Positions 10,501 through 17,229 of a stretch of DNA of 64,000 nucleotides are shown piece after piece; positions within the stretch are counted from its first letter, which is position 1, and the number at the start of each line of letters is the position of its first letter. Source of the stretch: a virus. The DNA lies in the IMG/VR virus record IMGVR_UViG_3300036852_000134, positions 18,865 to 82,864 of that record, one strand, 5' to 3'. The notes under the pieces were generated by a model. The model had not been told where the DNA came from, made no database searches, and was given only the letters and a program-made list of their open reading frames with translations. The translations under genes and the position numbers were made by a program.

Positions 10501-10600
10501 TGAGTTGCAGCTTGCGCGAATTACTCCCGACGACGCCGTAGATATAGTCGGAGAGGCTCGGCGTGCTGGATGTGAGGTTTGATAGCGTCTTGTCGGCCAT
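7577..10600 (-). CDS. Tailspike/receptor-binding protein: pectate-lyase-like beta-helix plus fibre-like C-terminal modules
   Basis: GAAGDGVTNDTSAL...VFVPEGTYLI, beta-helix rungs, LTNKTLTSPTLTTPALGTP, W..FTPT..G.F.QIGK. Confidence 0.85.
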   Translation of the reverse strand: MADKTLSNLTSSTPSLSDYIYGVVGSNSRKLQLSDLPFLQANTLGGAAGDGVTNDTSALSTAFNAGGIVFVPEGTYLIDPITISTPVHIIMHPEAVIKRRTATDGAHSKLLSFTTGSEGSTFEGGIVDGNRSSLAASYTNVNFQWPGIYIETADSITVRDVKFRNHVNWAVWVASGDGHHVSDLHITSSGKAVLFQFTNNSTCRDIFAESISNNGTAMYQHAFEFRQLERCTIDNIRVDGYTPDALGTDPWPIAFAIERVFHCKISGLFLDGYDGSETRNYGAQISNAENTSFSDFHFQNVFWGIEFSTALDCTLDGFTINGDFKTHASSDGYGLGLISAGVFQNDGDAVEFDTRANAPSKQVLVSNGSVVACEIGALTASPNIQFDNVIANANRFYGFQTREFQTNSAWFPGQPRPRVENVILNNCQARFNGFDGFIIEAGTQVQVNGGVYSDNGWDTSLGATFRAGVAMIEDASGGGIDRVSISNIYAGDTQTFTKTDGASFNPGSTVSSRFNIALIDPDQVAVGQYLLLVNATGSGDVTARVVALNLDEATVETTGSVTFSETGNLTSLTGTISTSGNTVTGSGTAFTTEIRGAAWIKAGGAYYHVQKVNSNTAMVIFPAPSPALSGATAQILTIDVQGIPSQQHGIVTDANVNGPVSLVNVNANGAVTSPTSIANAGCLDFAGTNSVMASAGIYARGGAVAIGSTDLTQAKLHVANTASDTDLLGLQGQSGSITKLGSFGGTHFFQTTAAVLEIGTVTAAQPVRFRTAGTARVVLTDSAWSPVTNDGSALGTTALGWADLHLATGGTFNFANGNWVATHTSGILTVGTGDLRVTNAGADATSVVTVGGGQTLTNKTLTSPTLTTPALGTPSSGTLTNCTGLPYGGIAAAAWSAFTPTISAQTGTLTSASGAGRFLQIGKMIMGTVTITITTAGTGAGILQFTLPVTAQAGSNVAYGVGRSFNAGNMQHAFAMSTTLGGCLDYDNNTPIADGETVFVNFMYEAA

Positions 10601-10872
10601 CAGAACGTCACTCTCTTGGTGATGATCGTTGCATCTGTCAGCGACACTTCATCGCCTTCGAGCAGCAGGTGTCCGTCTTCATCGCCCTCAAGCAGGAGCG
10701 CATCGGCGCCTCCGGTCTGCATGTCGCCTTCGAGCAGTAGAAATGAGATTCCAGATATGCCTGTCGTCTCAGCGATACGCTTGGTTTGTCCGCCAGCTGG
10801 CGTTCCCTGCACGCGCGCGGTCTGTCCACCGGATGCTGCACCTGATACCCGCTTGGTGGTGGTCGTGGCCAC
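10600..10872 (-). CDS. Small virion-associated protein with LLLEGD x3 and TKR(V/I) x3 repeats
   Basis: Internal repeats; GTG 1 nt after the upstream TGA; stop overlaps the tailspike ATG. Confidence 0.65.
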   Translation of the reverse strand: MATTTTKRVSGAASGGQTARVQGTPAGGQTKRIAETTGISGISFLLLEGDMQTGGADALLLEGDEDGHLLLEGDEVSLTDATIITKRVTF

Positions 10873-10873
10873 G

Positions 10874-11266
10874 TCAGCTCTTGATCCAGATGTAAAGTCT
10901 TCCACCGGTGAGCACGACGCCGGTATCGGCTGGCGCCACCCTGATCTTCAGGCGATCGCCAGCGAGAACCACGGGCACATAGCCCGTATCCGAAGCGTTC
11001 CCCGCGCCAGTAACGAAGCTCACGGCCTGCCGCGTTGCGCGCACGAACTGCGTGGCTAAGTTTGCCGCCGCTGCGTCATAGATCAGCCAGCCCACCCCCG
11101 TATCGAGCGTGTCAGGCAGCACGGAGACCTGGAGCGTGGCAACCTGGCCGGTGTCGGTGGAATGCCACCAGCGCAGCTGCTGGATTTCGCCCATCATATG
11201 CGGGCCAGTATCCTGGAAGGTGACACCTCCAGAGACGTTCACGTCGAAACGCTGACGGGTGATCAT
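10874..11266 (-). CDS. Putative small virion protein, five DTG motifs
   Basis: 130-aa beta-rich ORF in the late operon. Confidence 0.7.
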   Translation of the reverse strand: MITRQRFDVNVSGGVTFQDTGPHMMGEIQQLRWWHSTDTGQVATLQVSVLPDTLDTGVGWLIYDAAAANLATQFVRATRQAVSFVTGAGNASDTGYVPVVLAGDRLKIRVAPADTGVVLTGGRLYIWIKS

Positions 11267-11267
11267 G

Positions 11268-11360
11268 TCATTTCTTCTTGGGCTTGGGCTTCGGGGTTGA
11301 CTTCACAGCCTTCACAGGCTTCTTACTGGCGTAGTGGGTGACGGGTGCGGATTCAGCCAT
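11268..11360 (-). CDS. 30-aa basic peptide MAESAPVTHYASKKPVKAVKSTPKPKPKKK
   Basis: AGGAAAGAG upstream; fills the gap exactly, 1 nt before the next ATG. Confidence 0.55.
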   Translation of the reverse strand: MAESAPVTHYASKKPVKAVKSTPKPKPKKK

Positions 11361-11371
11361 TGATCTCTTTC

Positions 11372-11560
11372 CTACTGTCTCGCGATCTTTTCAATGTGCG
11401 ACGCAGGGTGCAGGCGCAGGAGCGCACAGGACCCGTCGTCACGCTGGACGCCGAACTGTCGGGCTTGCTCGCGGTCTTCCACGGGGTCGCCAGATTCATC
11501 GAACATGGCGATCACGGTGACGATCTCACCGGAGGCGAGCTCAATTAGGAAGGGTGCCAG
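11372..11560 (-). CDS. Small hypothetical protein with probable non-ATG start (…IELASGEIVTVIAMFDESGDPVEDRE…)
   Basis: Protein-like frame filling the gap; only CTG/ATT are available upstream of the conserved-looking part. Confidence 0.5.
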   Translation of the reverse strand: MAPFLIELASGEIVTVIAMFDESGDPVEDREQARQFGVQRDDGSCALLRLHPASHIEKIARQ

Positions 11561-12219
11561 TCTGGTCTTTCTTTCGGGTCAGCGTAGGTGCCGTTGAGCG
11601 GGGTGGGTTGGTGAACTGATGGGGAATCCCCATTGCTTTCACCATTGCGCCGGAACAGATGCTGGTTGCCTTCCGCCCGCGCCTCGTAGTGCAGGCTCTC
11701 GAAGTCCGGCCGCTCAGTCATGACATCCCAGAAGGCTGGATCGGACCAGAGGATGCGGTTACTTGGGAACGCGCCGATGTGGCCGTTCTCAAGTCGGCAG
11801 AGGTGCAAGGTCTTGGACTGCGAGCTATCCTCGGAGAGCCCTGAACCTATGAACGCGATCGACCGGATGTACTGACCTTTTACCCGATCGGGTAAGATCT
11901 CGACCGCGCCGAGTTTCAGGAAGTCGAACTCATCAACCGAGAACTGGTCAGATTGGCAATCCCAGGGCTGTAGGTAGGTCATGTCGTCCGGCATCGGACA
12001 AGGCTTGTCCACCAGGGCCTGGATCGGCACGTGCCAGAGGGCACCGCCGAGCGGGTCGAGGCAACTCACATAGAACCAGAGGCTGTTCCCCGGCTTGCAG
12101 GTGACGGCATGAGCGATGACTTGGACGAACTCGCCCTGGTAGCGCCGGCAGTCGGTCATGAACTCGCGCCTTAGGAGGCAGCGGAAGTACGGCTTGATGC
12201 TGCCGAAGATGTAGGACAT
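11545..12219 (-). CDS. Conserved phage hypothetical protein
   Basis: VPIQAL, LQPWDC and LENGHIGAFPSNRILW motifs recalled from a widespread phage family. Confidence 0.7.
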   Translation of the reverse strand: MSYIFGSIKPYFRCLLRREFMTDCRRYQGEFVQVIAHAVTCKPGNSLWFYVSCLDPLGGALWHVPIQALVDKPCPMPDDMTYLQPWDCQSDQFSVDEFDFLKLGAVEILPDRVKGQYIRSIAFIGSGLSEDSSQSKTLHLCRLENGHIGAFPSNRILWSDPAFWDVMTERPDFESLHYEARAEGNQHLFRRNGESNGDSPSVHQPTPLNGTYADPKERPDWHPS

Positions 12220-12297
12220 TGTCCCTTTTCTGACAGTCAGTAACGATATTGTTACTTCCCGCGATCACTTTGTGACTTGATCCGACGTAGAACCGCC

Positions 12298-12325
12298 TTG
12301 CAGCGGCAGCCAGCCGTGCTATTAT
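12298..12325 (+). promoter_or_regulatory. Sigma70-like promoter for the 12550..13296 moron
   Basis: TTGCAG-16-TATTAT with extended -10 TG. Confidence 0.5.
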
Positions 12326-12549
12326 GTCCAATACGGACGGTCTCTCAGACCATCCGCCTCCCCCAAAAATCTGACACGAAGCGCGAAGGGCACCAGCCCG
12401 ACACGGTACGCGCGGAGCCGCAAGGCCTGTGATCGAGGTGAGAAGGGGGAGACCGGCGGAAACGGAACGACATCCGCCGGATGTTGCCGGAGGAGCGAGA
12501 GCCAACTCGCTCAACTCCGGCTAGCTCTAACGCAACTTGGAGATGCGTT

Positions 12550-13296
12550 ATGGCCTACTTCTTCTACCTCTTTCGCCGTCTCGTTGCAATCGCCCTTGGG
12601 CTGGCACTGACCGGTTACTCGGCTTGGTGCAGCTGGACGCATCAGGGAGACCTGATCGGCCCGCTTGCAGCGATCTCGGCAGCCGCGCTGCTCGCGTTCT
12701 GCGAGTATGCGTGGCGCGACCGTCGCTACGTTCACTTCGGGCTGCTTGGGCTGCTCGGACTGGCGGCGGCAGCAATCTCCGGCTCGATCGTGCTTGAGCG
12801 GGTTTCCCACACGCAGGAAGCCAGTTCGCAAAAGGCGCGGTCGGCCAATCTGCCTCGGACCGAAGCCCAAAAGGCTCTCACTGAGGCGTCAGCCGAGCTC
12901 AAGGCGGCGCAAGCCGAGACGAGCAAAGCATGCAGCTCCGGGCGTGGCCCTGTGTGTAAGGGTCTGGAGCAGCGGGAGGACGCGGCGCGGAAGCGCGTCG
13001 AAGATGCCCGCTCCAAGCTGGTTGGACTTGGTGCAGAAACCGCCGTAGACCCAGCGGCTGGCGTCCTGGGTGCACACGCTGAAACGCTCCGACTGGCTAC
13101 GCTGCTAGGCCTGCCTCTCTGGCTTGAATTGGCAGCTCCCGCCGTCCTCGCTTACGGATTCGCGCCGGCTCCCCGCAAGGTGGAGACGCCGAGGAAGAAG
13201 AGAAGGCGGCGTAAGGTGAAGCGGACCAAACCCGCACCGCCATCTAAGGCGAAGCGCCCGCACGGCGCCCAGTTGAGGGTGGTGTCTTCTCGCTAA
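12550..13296 (+). CDS. Multi-pass membrane protein with periplasmic coiled coil and basic tail (moron)
   Basis: Three N-terminal hydrophobic segments, CSSGRGPVC, a C-terminal TM segment and a K/R tail; GGAG RBS. Confidence 0.75.
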   Translation: MAYFFYLFRRLVAIALGLALTGYSAWCSWTHQGDLIGPLAAISAAALLAFCEYAWRDRRYVHFGLLGLLGLAAAAISGSIVLERVSHTQEASSQKARSANLPRTEAQKALTEASAELKAAQAETSKACSSGRGPVCKGLEQREDAARKRVEDARSKLVGLGAETAVDPAAGVLGAHAETLRLATLLGLPLWLELAAPAVLAYGFAPAPRKVETPRKKRRRRKVKRTKPAPPSKAKRPHGAQLRVVSSR

Positions 13297-13299
13297 CCC

Positions 13300-13328
13300 A
13301 AGCCCCGCTTCGGCGGGGCTTTTTTATT
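13300..13328. terminator. Rho-independent terminator between convergent genes
   Basis: AAGCCCCGC-TTCG-GCGGGGCTT followed by a T-run. Confidence 0.9.
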
Positions 13329-13593
13329 TGTGCCGCCGCTTGATCGTAGGCTCTCGGCAGAGCCGCCTGATCGTCTCCATCAGGCTTGTATACACTCCAC
13401 CATTTCGCAGAAGATGGAGGCGAAATTCAGCAACCGACTGGAAGTGGTCACGCCACAGTTTCGGAGGCTGCTCTTGCCTTCCTTTCTCAAGATCTTCGAG
13501 CTGTTGCTGCACATACCGATTGCGGAGTACGTATGCTGCATCGGCAGTGCGTAAGATCTCTGGAATTGATATCCGCTTAGGGATGATGCTCAC
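13324..13593 (-). CDS. Hypothetical protein
   Basis: 89-aa ORF ending at the terminator. Confidence 0.5.
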   Translation of the reverse strand: MSIIPKRISIPEILRTADAAYVLRNRYVQQQLEDLEKGRQEQPPKLWRDHFQSVAEFRLHLLRNGGVYTSLMETIRRLCREPTIKRRHK

Positions 13594-13681
13594 AGCACCG
13601 AAACCGTTCCTGGGCTGACACTGCCTTATTGCAACCTAAGTGCGACCACAATTAATGCCACGTTCTACTTGTTCTGCTTGG

Positions 13682-13837
13682 TCATCCGCCAGTCTGCCGC
13701 AATGTTTGCACGACCCAACCGCCGACGATGACGATCGCTGCAATCATTGCAAGCACCCGGTCAAACCAGCGCGGCCGTTTCGGACAGCTCGCGGCCACAT
13801 GCTTGTCTGAGAGACAAAGTGTGCAGAGCATCGTCAT
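13682..13837 (-). CDS. CCHC zinc-knuckle microprotein with C-terminal TM helix
   Basis: MTMLCTLCLSDKHVAASCPKRPRWFDRVLAMIAAIVIVGGWVVQ...; exact CX2CX4HX4C; AGGAG RBS. Confidence 0.65.
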   Translation of the reverse strand: MTMLCTLCLSDKHVAASCPKRPRWFDRVLAMIAAIVIVGGWVVQTLRQTGG

Positions 13838-13919
13838 TGCTCCTGGGGCTTTCCGCGTTCCTCCATTGGCCGTACCGCCTCTTTGCTCGTGATCGAGACT
13901 GGGTGTGTGCGGTCGTGGG

Positions 13920-14291
13920 CGATTGGGAGGAAAGCGAGAAGGGGAGCGGGGAGCCTAGCCTTTCGGCACCAGGACAGCACGTCTAGCTTAGCCATCCTGG
14001 CATTGGCCCCCGCATAACCCCAAGCAGAGGCCTTACGGCGGGTCCGCTGGGGAAAAGAGGCCGACCCCAACGAGGGGGCCGGGGACCTACGGCATGCCGT
14101 AGGCGGGGATAGGCTGAGCGGGCCGTGACCCGCTCAGTTGCTGCGGAAGACGGAACTGCCGCAGCGGGGAGGATTGCTCAAGGACCTAGGCAAAGCGCTC
14201 ATTGAGCCAAGCCTTGAGGGGTAGGTAGGGTGAACGACCTCGCGGCGCCGCGCAGATCACCCACCGTAGTCTGGCGCACGTCTACGCCAGA
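13920..14291 (-). ncRNA. Candidate structured RNA: nine tandem hairpins with C/U-rich linkers
   Basis: Stems visible by eye; G-U pairs and GAAA/GUAA tetraloops form on the minus strand only. Confidence 0.55.
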
Positions 14292-14305
14292 ATTCCAATA
14301 TACCT

Positions 14306-14491
14306 CTATTGAAGCCGCGAGAAAATCTCGAAAGCCTTGGCGTCCACCGCCTTGACCCAGCGCTCGTATGCTTTGCGATCGTCGGGGACGCGGACCAGAT
14401 CCGGGAGGAGCTCGCAAAGGGCGAGCCTCAGAGCCTGCTCCTGGCGCTGTTCGTCGGCCAGGATGATCTGATCTTCAAGCTCTTCGTGCAT
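14306..14491 (-). CDS. Small hypothetical protein
   Basis: 61-aa helical ORF, first after the late promoter. Confidence 0.5.
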   Translation of the reverse strand: MHEELEDQIILADEQRQEQALRLALCELLPDLVRVPDDRKAYERWVKAVDAKAFEIFSRLQ

Positions 14492-14624
14492 GAAAAGAAG
14501 GGCCGTGCCCTACCTCTTTTGCGGCTGCAGAGAACGGCCCGGAATTGAAGGAGGGTGCCCCGAAATGCAAAGCGCCGCCAGCGAGTTGCTGAGCGGCGCG
14601 GACAAATCGGGATCGTGGGAAAAA

Positions 14625-14653
14625 CATATACCCAGTTCGCGCGGCATAGTCAA
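14625..14653 (-). promoter_or_regulatory. Late (pR'-like) promoter
   Basis: TTGACT-17-TATATG just downstream of the last early gene. Confidence 0.7.
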
Positions 14654-14699
14654 CGCCAGAAGTCAAGTGCAATTGCGTTTGTCTCCGCGACAAAACGCC

Positions 14700-15356
14700 T
14701 CAGTCGTCGCCGAGCCTGAAGAACAATCGCAGGCGCCGCGCAACTTGCACAATCTCCTGCGTGCCGGCAGCAGACGCCGCGCTTGTTTCCGACCGATACG
14801 TGCTCAGGAACGCCCCGATCTTGTTCATGCTCCAGGCTTGATCGTCCCCCAGCAGGACGGGCTCCAGCGCCTGCCTGGCAGCTTCATCGCAAACCCACCG
14901 GCCGGATCGATCCTTTACACCGAAGGCGGCCATACGGGCTGCGTCGAAAATCCTTCTTGCCTGCAGCCGCTCGTCCGATGTGATGGACTTGCCCCAACTG
15001 GGCGCGGATCCGCCGCCATCGCCGTAGCGACCGACGCCAATGCTTGGCCCATCAGCCACGAAAGAGACCACCGCATAATACTGGATCGCGGTGCGCATGT
15101 TCGGCGTGATTCGGGGCGGCTCGGGATCCTTGCCCTTCCGCTCCTTCGACTTCGCGAGTTCCTCGATGCGAGGAACGATGGCGTGCGGCGATGCGAGGTG
15201 TGCCGCCATGCGAGACAACTCAACGCTGATCTTGCGGATCCGCTCTGGCGTCGGCGGCATCGCCGGATCCCCACGCCAGTTGAAGGGCTGGTCGGCGCCG
15301 CCGAGTTCGCGCTTGACGATCTTGTTGAGTGTGACTTCCCCTGCATCTCTCGTCAT
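14700..15356 (-). CDS. Putative late-transcription regulator (Q-position, DUF6456/GafA-like C-terminus)
   Basis: Last gene before the late promoter; ARRIFDAAR..AFG...LEPVL...ARRLRLFF. Confidence 0.5.
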   Translation of the reverse strand: MTRDAGEVTLNKIVKRELGGADQPFNWRGDPAMPPTPERIRKISVELSRMAAHLASPHAIVPRIEELAKSKERKGKDPEPPRITPNMRTAIQYYAVVSFVADGPSIGVGRYGDGGGSAPSWGKSITSDERLQARRIFDAARMAAFGVKDRSGRWVCDEAARQALEPVLLGDDQAWSMNKIGAFLSTYRSETSAASAAGTQEIVQVARRLRLFFRLGDD

Positions 15357-15397
15357 TCAGTCGAACCTCGCGATAGCCAAGTTTCGGCACGCGCACA

Positions 15398-15892
15398 TCA
15401 AGCCATCCTGCCCAATATTTCAAGCAGCCGATGCGACCAATTTCTACCACTCCATATCGCATAAATAGTTGAAGTCGCCACCCCATACAGCCTTGCATAA
15501 GTCCGAGCTGGAAGCAGTTTCCTACGTATCTCCGCAACTGCCACTTCTGAGAGAAGTGCTCGACCGTTCCTCTCACGTGGCGATGCGCAGAGATGTGCTC
15601 GCCCCTTCGCTTGGTGGTCGCGTCTATTGTCGAGGTTTGTGCCGAGGAACAGGTGATCAGGGTTCACGCAAGTCGGCGTGTCGCACTTGTGGAGGACGTG
15701 CAAACCACCCGCATCCCCGCGATACAGCTGCCAACTTACGCGATGTGCTTGCCGCGATACCCTTCTACCTATGCTGATGCGCCCGTATCCTTGGCGATCT
15801 CCATAGAGAAGCCAAAGCCAACACCCAGTATTCGGTTCAGGAGAAACCGCTTTCTCGAACCGCTGCCTAACTGTCTTAGAGAAAAACATCAT
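15398..15892 (-). CDS. HNH homing endonuclease (HNH_3 type)
   Basis: GCWLW, GYG, AHRVSW, VLHKCDTPTCVNPDHLFLGTNLDN. Confidence 0.9.
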   Translation of the reverse strand: MMFFSKTVRQRFEKAVSPEPNTGCWLWLLYGDRQGYGRISIGRRVSRQAHRVSWQLYRGDAGGLHVLHKCDTPTCVNPDHLFLGTNLDNRRDHQAKGRAHLCASPRERNGRALLSEVAVAEIRRKLLPARTYARLYGVATSTIYAIWSGRNWSHRLLEILGRMA

Positions 15893-16380
15893 TCCGCAGC
15901 TTCCCTCACCGCCTGGATCCCAAGGGCTTCTGAGATGTTGACGACCTGGATCTCGCCGCCCGAGTAAATGTCGATCTTGCACGCGATCTCAACGGCATGC
16001 CGCGCTGTCGCGTCGGCGACGAGAAGGCCGTAGATGTGCTGACCACCGGTCCCGAAGGCTTGGGGCAGCAGGAACTCCGTCGGGTAGGGCAATTGGGAGG
16101 CGATATAGACCTGCCGATGCGCCTCGATGACGATAAGCGTCCAGCTTGGCTGCTCACCGCCTGGCGGCACGTTCTTCGGGTCTGCCCCACCCTCATACCA
16201 CTCGATCAGCGCCTGCCTCATGGCCGGCGTGCCGGCCATGGTGAAGATGCGGGCGGGCCGGTCCCCGATCGCCTCGCGCACCACGATCTTCTTGAAGTTG
16301 GTGCGGTGCCGGATATCACCGATGCAGGAGAGCCCGTCCGCTGCAATGGTGCCGAACTTGTCTATCGCGATCGTCGTCAT
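15889..16380 (-). CDS. Ntn-hydrolase (HslV/proteasome-beta-like) protein
   Basis: MTTIA...AADG, FGTGG, AVEIACKIDIYSGG. Confidence 0.75.
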   Translation of the reverse strand: MTTIAIDKFGTIAADGLSCIGDIRHRTNFKKIVVREAIGDRPARIFTMAGTPAMRQALIEWYEGGADPKNVPPGGEQPSWTLIVIEAHRQVYIASQLPYPTEFLLPQAFGTGGQHIYGLLVADATARHAVEIACKIDIYSGGEIQVVNISEALGIQAVREAAE

Positions 16381-16709
16381 GCCCCCACCTCTTTCGCCAG
16401 CGTATCCAGCAGCATTCCGAGCGCTCCTTCTGGGTTTCCTTCTGCCGTTCTTGGCAGCGCAGTCCTGATTGCTTCGACTGGCGCTCCGTATTGGAGTGCG
16501 AAGGACAGGACGATGGCTGCCTCTTGAGCCTGGATACTCACGTCGGTTCCCGCGCGGCCGGAGGTGAGGAAGACCTCGGCTAGGCGATCATCCGGGAACC
16601 TGCTGATCGACGCCGTGTAGGGGATGGAGTTGGTGCCGGAACGGGCGTAGGTCCTGAACTCCATCGTCTCGGAGCCGCGGCGGTTTTGGAGTCTGGTTCT
16701 GTTGCTCAT
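16377..16709 (-). CDS. TSCPD-domain protein (stand-alone NrdJ C-terminal-like)
   Basis: RTRLQNRR, EVFL..GRAGTD, AIVLSFALQYGAP. Confidence 0.7.
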   Translation of the reverse strand: MSNRTRLQNRRGSETMEFRTYARSGTNSIPYTASISRFPDDRLAEVFLTSGRAGTDVSIQAQEAAIVLSFALQYGAPVEAIRTALPRTAEGNPEGALGMLLDTLAKEVGA

Positions 16710-16740
16710 TCTGCCTTCCCGGGTGTCTTGTTGCGGGCCA

Positions 16741-17226
16741 TCAGTCGGCCTTTCTGAGGCCGGTCCCAGCCAATGCCAGCTCGATGCCCTGAGCCATCTG
16801 CTGCGTCTTGTGCCAGAGCATCAGCGCGACGGCGTCGGAGAGCGCGTTATGCGGATGCTCAGGCTTGGGCTCACCATCTGGTGTGTTGATGAGTTTCATC
16901 GTGCATGGGACCATGAAGCTGGACGAATAGTCCGGCCCGCACATCAGGTGCATGAGGTGCTCAAAGTCGGCGGGCCAATCCGCCCAGATGGTACAATCTG
17001 GCCGGGCGCTGATGTACTCGTTGAGAGAAAACCGCAGCACGTTATGGTCGCCCTGGATCGTCGGCTTCATGGCGTAGAGCTTCGGCGCCACATGCTCAGC
17101 GACCCACTCGTTGCCGCAATAGGCATCGAATATGCCGTACCACTGAGAGCCGTCGTCTCCGACCAGAGCAAGTGAGACGAGGTTGCCACCGTGGCCATCG
17201 AACTCCGAGTCGAGATAGAGATTCAT
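16741..17226 (-). CDS. DEDDh 3'-5' exonuclease-like protein
   Basis: LYLDSEF...VSLALV, DWPAD, HNALSDA. Confidence 0.8.
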   Translation of the reverse strand: MNLYLDSEFDGHGGNLVSLALVGDDGSQWYGIFDAYCGNEWVAEHVAPKLYAMKPTIQGDHNVLRFSLNEYISARPDCTIWADWPADFEHLMHLMCGPDYSSSFMVPCTMKLINTPDGEPKPEHPHNALSDAVALMLWHKTQQMAQGIELALAGTGLRKAD

Positions 17227-17229
17227 GGG

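Noticed and set aside
5518-11266. DTG as a DNA-level repeat or recombination site
   Set aside because: Synonymous codons and flanking bases differ among the 11 copies.
13920-14291. CRISPR array or known ribozyme
   Set aside because: The hairpins share no repeat sequence, there are no cas genes, and I could not identify a hammerhead or HDV core by eye.
14490-15464. Long plus-strand ORF (324 aa) and similar antisense ORFs (e.g. 1185..1973, 20404..21297, 49613..50545, 7776..8510)
   Set aside because: These are shadow frames opposite well-supported genes in GC-rich DNA, with no recognisable motifs.
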